A DNA stretch of 64,000 nucleotides, from positions 64,001-128,000 of the forward strand of contig CAWEXO010000015.1 of NCBI GenBank assembly GCA_963813025.1, read 5' to 3'. The notes under the pieces were generated by a model. That model saw only the letters and a program-made list of their open reading frames with translations, ran no database searches and had not been told where the DNA came from. The translations under genes and the position numbers were made by a program. The stretch comes from an uncultured Verrucomicrobiae bacterium. GTDB lineage: Bacteria; Verrucomicrobiota; Verrucomicrobiia; Chthoniobacterales; JAFAMB01. Of this stretch, positions 62,299-64,000 are shown one piece after another. Each line of letters begins with the position of its first letter. Position 1 is the stretch's first letter.

Positions 62299-63741
62299 AT
62301 GCGTGATTTGTTCGGCGGATACGACCCGGAGACCTATTTTGACGAGATGTTTGAGTCTGCCGGTCAGGTTCGCCCGCATTATCGCCGGCTGTTTCAGCGT
62401 TACCGGGAGATGACCCGCGAAGAGTTCGACCGCAAACGCAGCGTCGCCGATACGTCATTTCTTACCCAGGGGATCACCTTCACCGTCTACAACGCCGACG
62501 AAGGTACCGAAAGAATCTTTCCCTTTGATTTGGTCCCCAGGATCATTCCCGCCGCCGAGTGGCAGTACATCGAGAAGGGTCTTACTCAGCGCATTACCGC
62601 GCTCAACCTCTTCCTGCACGACATTTACCACGATCAGAAGATCATCAAAGACGGCGTGATCCCAGCCGACATCATCAAAAGCGCCGTTCATTTCCGGCCT
62701 GAGTTCATGGGATTTAATGTGCCCCGTGACATTTACATTCACATCTGCGGTACGGATCTGATCCGCGATAGTTCGGGGGCGTACCTGGTGCTGGAGGACA
62801 ACGCTCGATGCCCTTCCGGAGTGTCTTATCTGCTCGAGAACCGGCAGGCGATGAAGCGGGTGTTTCCGAACCTGTTCGGCAAATATGCTGTGCGGCCGGT
62901 TGACACTTACTGCCAGGAGCTGCTCGGAGTGTTGCGCTGGATTTCGCCACGAAATGAAGCCGATCCAACGGTCGTTTTGCTTAGCCCGGGAATATACAAT
63001 TCAGCCTATTTCGAGCACTCCTATCTCGCTAAGACCATGGGGATCGACATCGTTGTAGGCGCTGATCTGGTGGTAAAAGACCAGGCGATTTTCATGAAGA
63101 CCACCCACGGATTGCGGCGGGTTGATGTCGTCTACCGAAGAATTGACGATGATTTCCTCGATCCACAGGTCTTTCGACCCGACTCTTTGCTCGGGGTGCC
63201 GGGATTGGTTGATTGCTATCGGCACGGGAATGTCAGCCTAGCCAATAGCATTGGCACGGGAGTCGCTGACGACAAAGTGGTCTACTATTTCGTTCCGCGG
63301 ATGATCCAGTACTACCTGGATCAAGATCCGATCCTGCCCAATGTCGAGACTTATCTTTCCCACTTTGAAAAAGATCGAAACTATATCCTGTCCAATCTGT
63401 CGAAGCTGGTCGTCAAGTCGGCCAATGAAAGCGGTGGCTACGGCATGCTGATGGGTCCGGCATCCACCGAAGAGGAGCGCGAGAAATTCCGCGCTCAGAT
63501 CCTGGCCAATCCCCGGAACTTCGTGGCGCAACATGTGGTGCAACTGTCGCGTTCCCCCTCCTTTTGCGATGGTCATCTCTGCGGCCGCCACATTGACCTC
63601 CGTCCGTACATTCTTTACGGCGAGAAAACCACGATTATTCCCGGAGGCTTGACGCGGGTCGCTCTGCGGGAAGGCTCTCTGGTCGTGAACTCGTCCCAGG
63701 GCGGCGGAAGCAAGGATACCTGGGTACTGAATGATAACTAG
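62299..63741 (+). CDS. Circularly permuted type 2 ATP-grasp protein
   Basis: [22 protein letters not shown] and [15 protein letters not shown]. Confidence 0.93.
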   Translation: MRDLFGGYDPETYFDEMFESAGQVRPHYRRLFQRYREMTREEFDRKRSVADTSFLTQGITFTVYNADEGTERIFPFDLVPRIIPAAEWQYIEKGLTQRITALNLFLHDIYHDQKIIKDGVIPADIIKSAVHFRPEFMGFNVPRDIYIHICGTDLIRDSSGAYLVLEDNARCPSGVSYLLENRQAMKRVFPNLFGKYAVRPVDTYCQELLGVLRWISPRNEADPTVVLLSPGIYNSAYFEHSYLAKTMGIDIVVGADLVVKDQAIFMKTTHGLRRVDVVYRRIDDDFLDPQVFRPDSLLGVPGLVDCYRHGNVSLANSIGTGVADDKVVYYFVPRMIQYYLDQDPILPNVETYLSHFEKDRNYILSNLSKLVVKSANESGGYGMLMGPASTEEEREKFRAQILANPRNFVAQHVVQLSRSPSFCDGHLCGRHIDLRPYILYGEKTTIIPGGLTRVALREGSLVVNSSQGGGSKDTWVLNDN

Positions 63742-63772
63742 CGAGGCTTAATTCCAGTCTTCAAAGACTCTT

Positions 63773-64000
63773 ATGCTATGCCGGGTTGCTGACGCGCTTT
63801 TCTGGTTGAGTCGCTACATTGAGCGCGCGGAGAACAACGCGCGCATGCTCGATGTCAACCTGCAACTCATGCTGGATGCACAGATCGACAATCGAAACAC
63901 CCAGCAACATTGGGAGTCGATCATCTATTCGCTCGAAGATACCAAGGTTTTCCAGGAGCTCTATTCCGCGATCACAAATGAATCGGTGGTGGAGTACGTT
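63773..64000 (+). CDS. Alpha-E domain protein (runs off the window)
   Basis: MLCRVADALFWLSRYIERAENNARMLDV, in its usual position after the ATP-grasp gene. Confidence 0.88.
   Translation, partial: MLCRVADALFWLSRYIERAENNARMLDVNLQLMLDAQIDNRNTQQHWESIIYSLEDTKVFQELYSAITNESVVEYV

Overview
This is a 64 kb bacterial chromosomal window. The gene set and protein style suggest Verrucomicrobiota, possibly Chthoniobacterales (inference). 1-16 kb: a TonB-dependent uptake locus with three paralogous receptors, two PEGA-domain proteins, a DUF3016 protein, a Tat-type amidase and exbB-exbD-tonB. 16-23 kb: a Fur-family regulator with sufC-sufB-sufD, plus an orphan malE-like gene and a Zn-dependent dehydrogenase. 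23.6-51.7 kb: a ~28 kb decayed genomic island at tRNA-Leu(GAG). It has four copies of the att core, a ~1.4 kb duplicated arm carrying integron-type cassettes with attC sites, and many remnants of toxin-antitoxin, defence, IS and recombinase genes. 51.7-64 kb: aroB-dprA-topB, ppk1, an IS110 element, a RAYT transposase with its REPs, a YugP-like peptidase, and circularly permuted ATP-grasp and alpha-E genes. The best-supported unusual observation is the IS110 (IS621-like) element. Its non-coding left end carries a bridge-RNA-like structure whose guide segments match both the element's own circle junction and the RAYT-associated REP. The element sits exactly in the CT core of one such REP, next to the RAYT gene.
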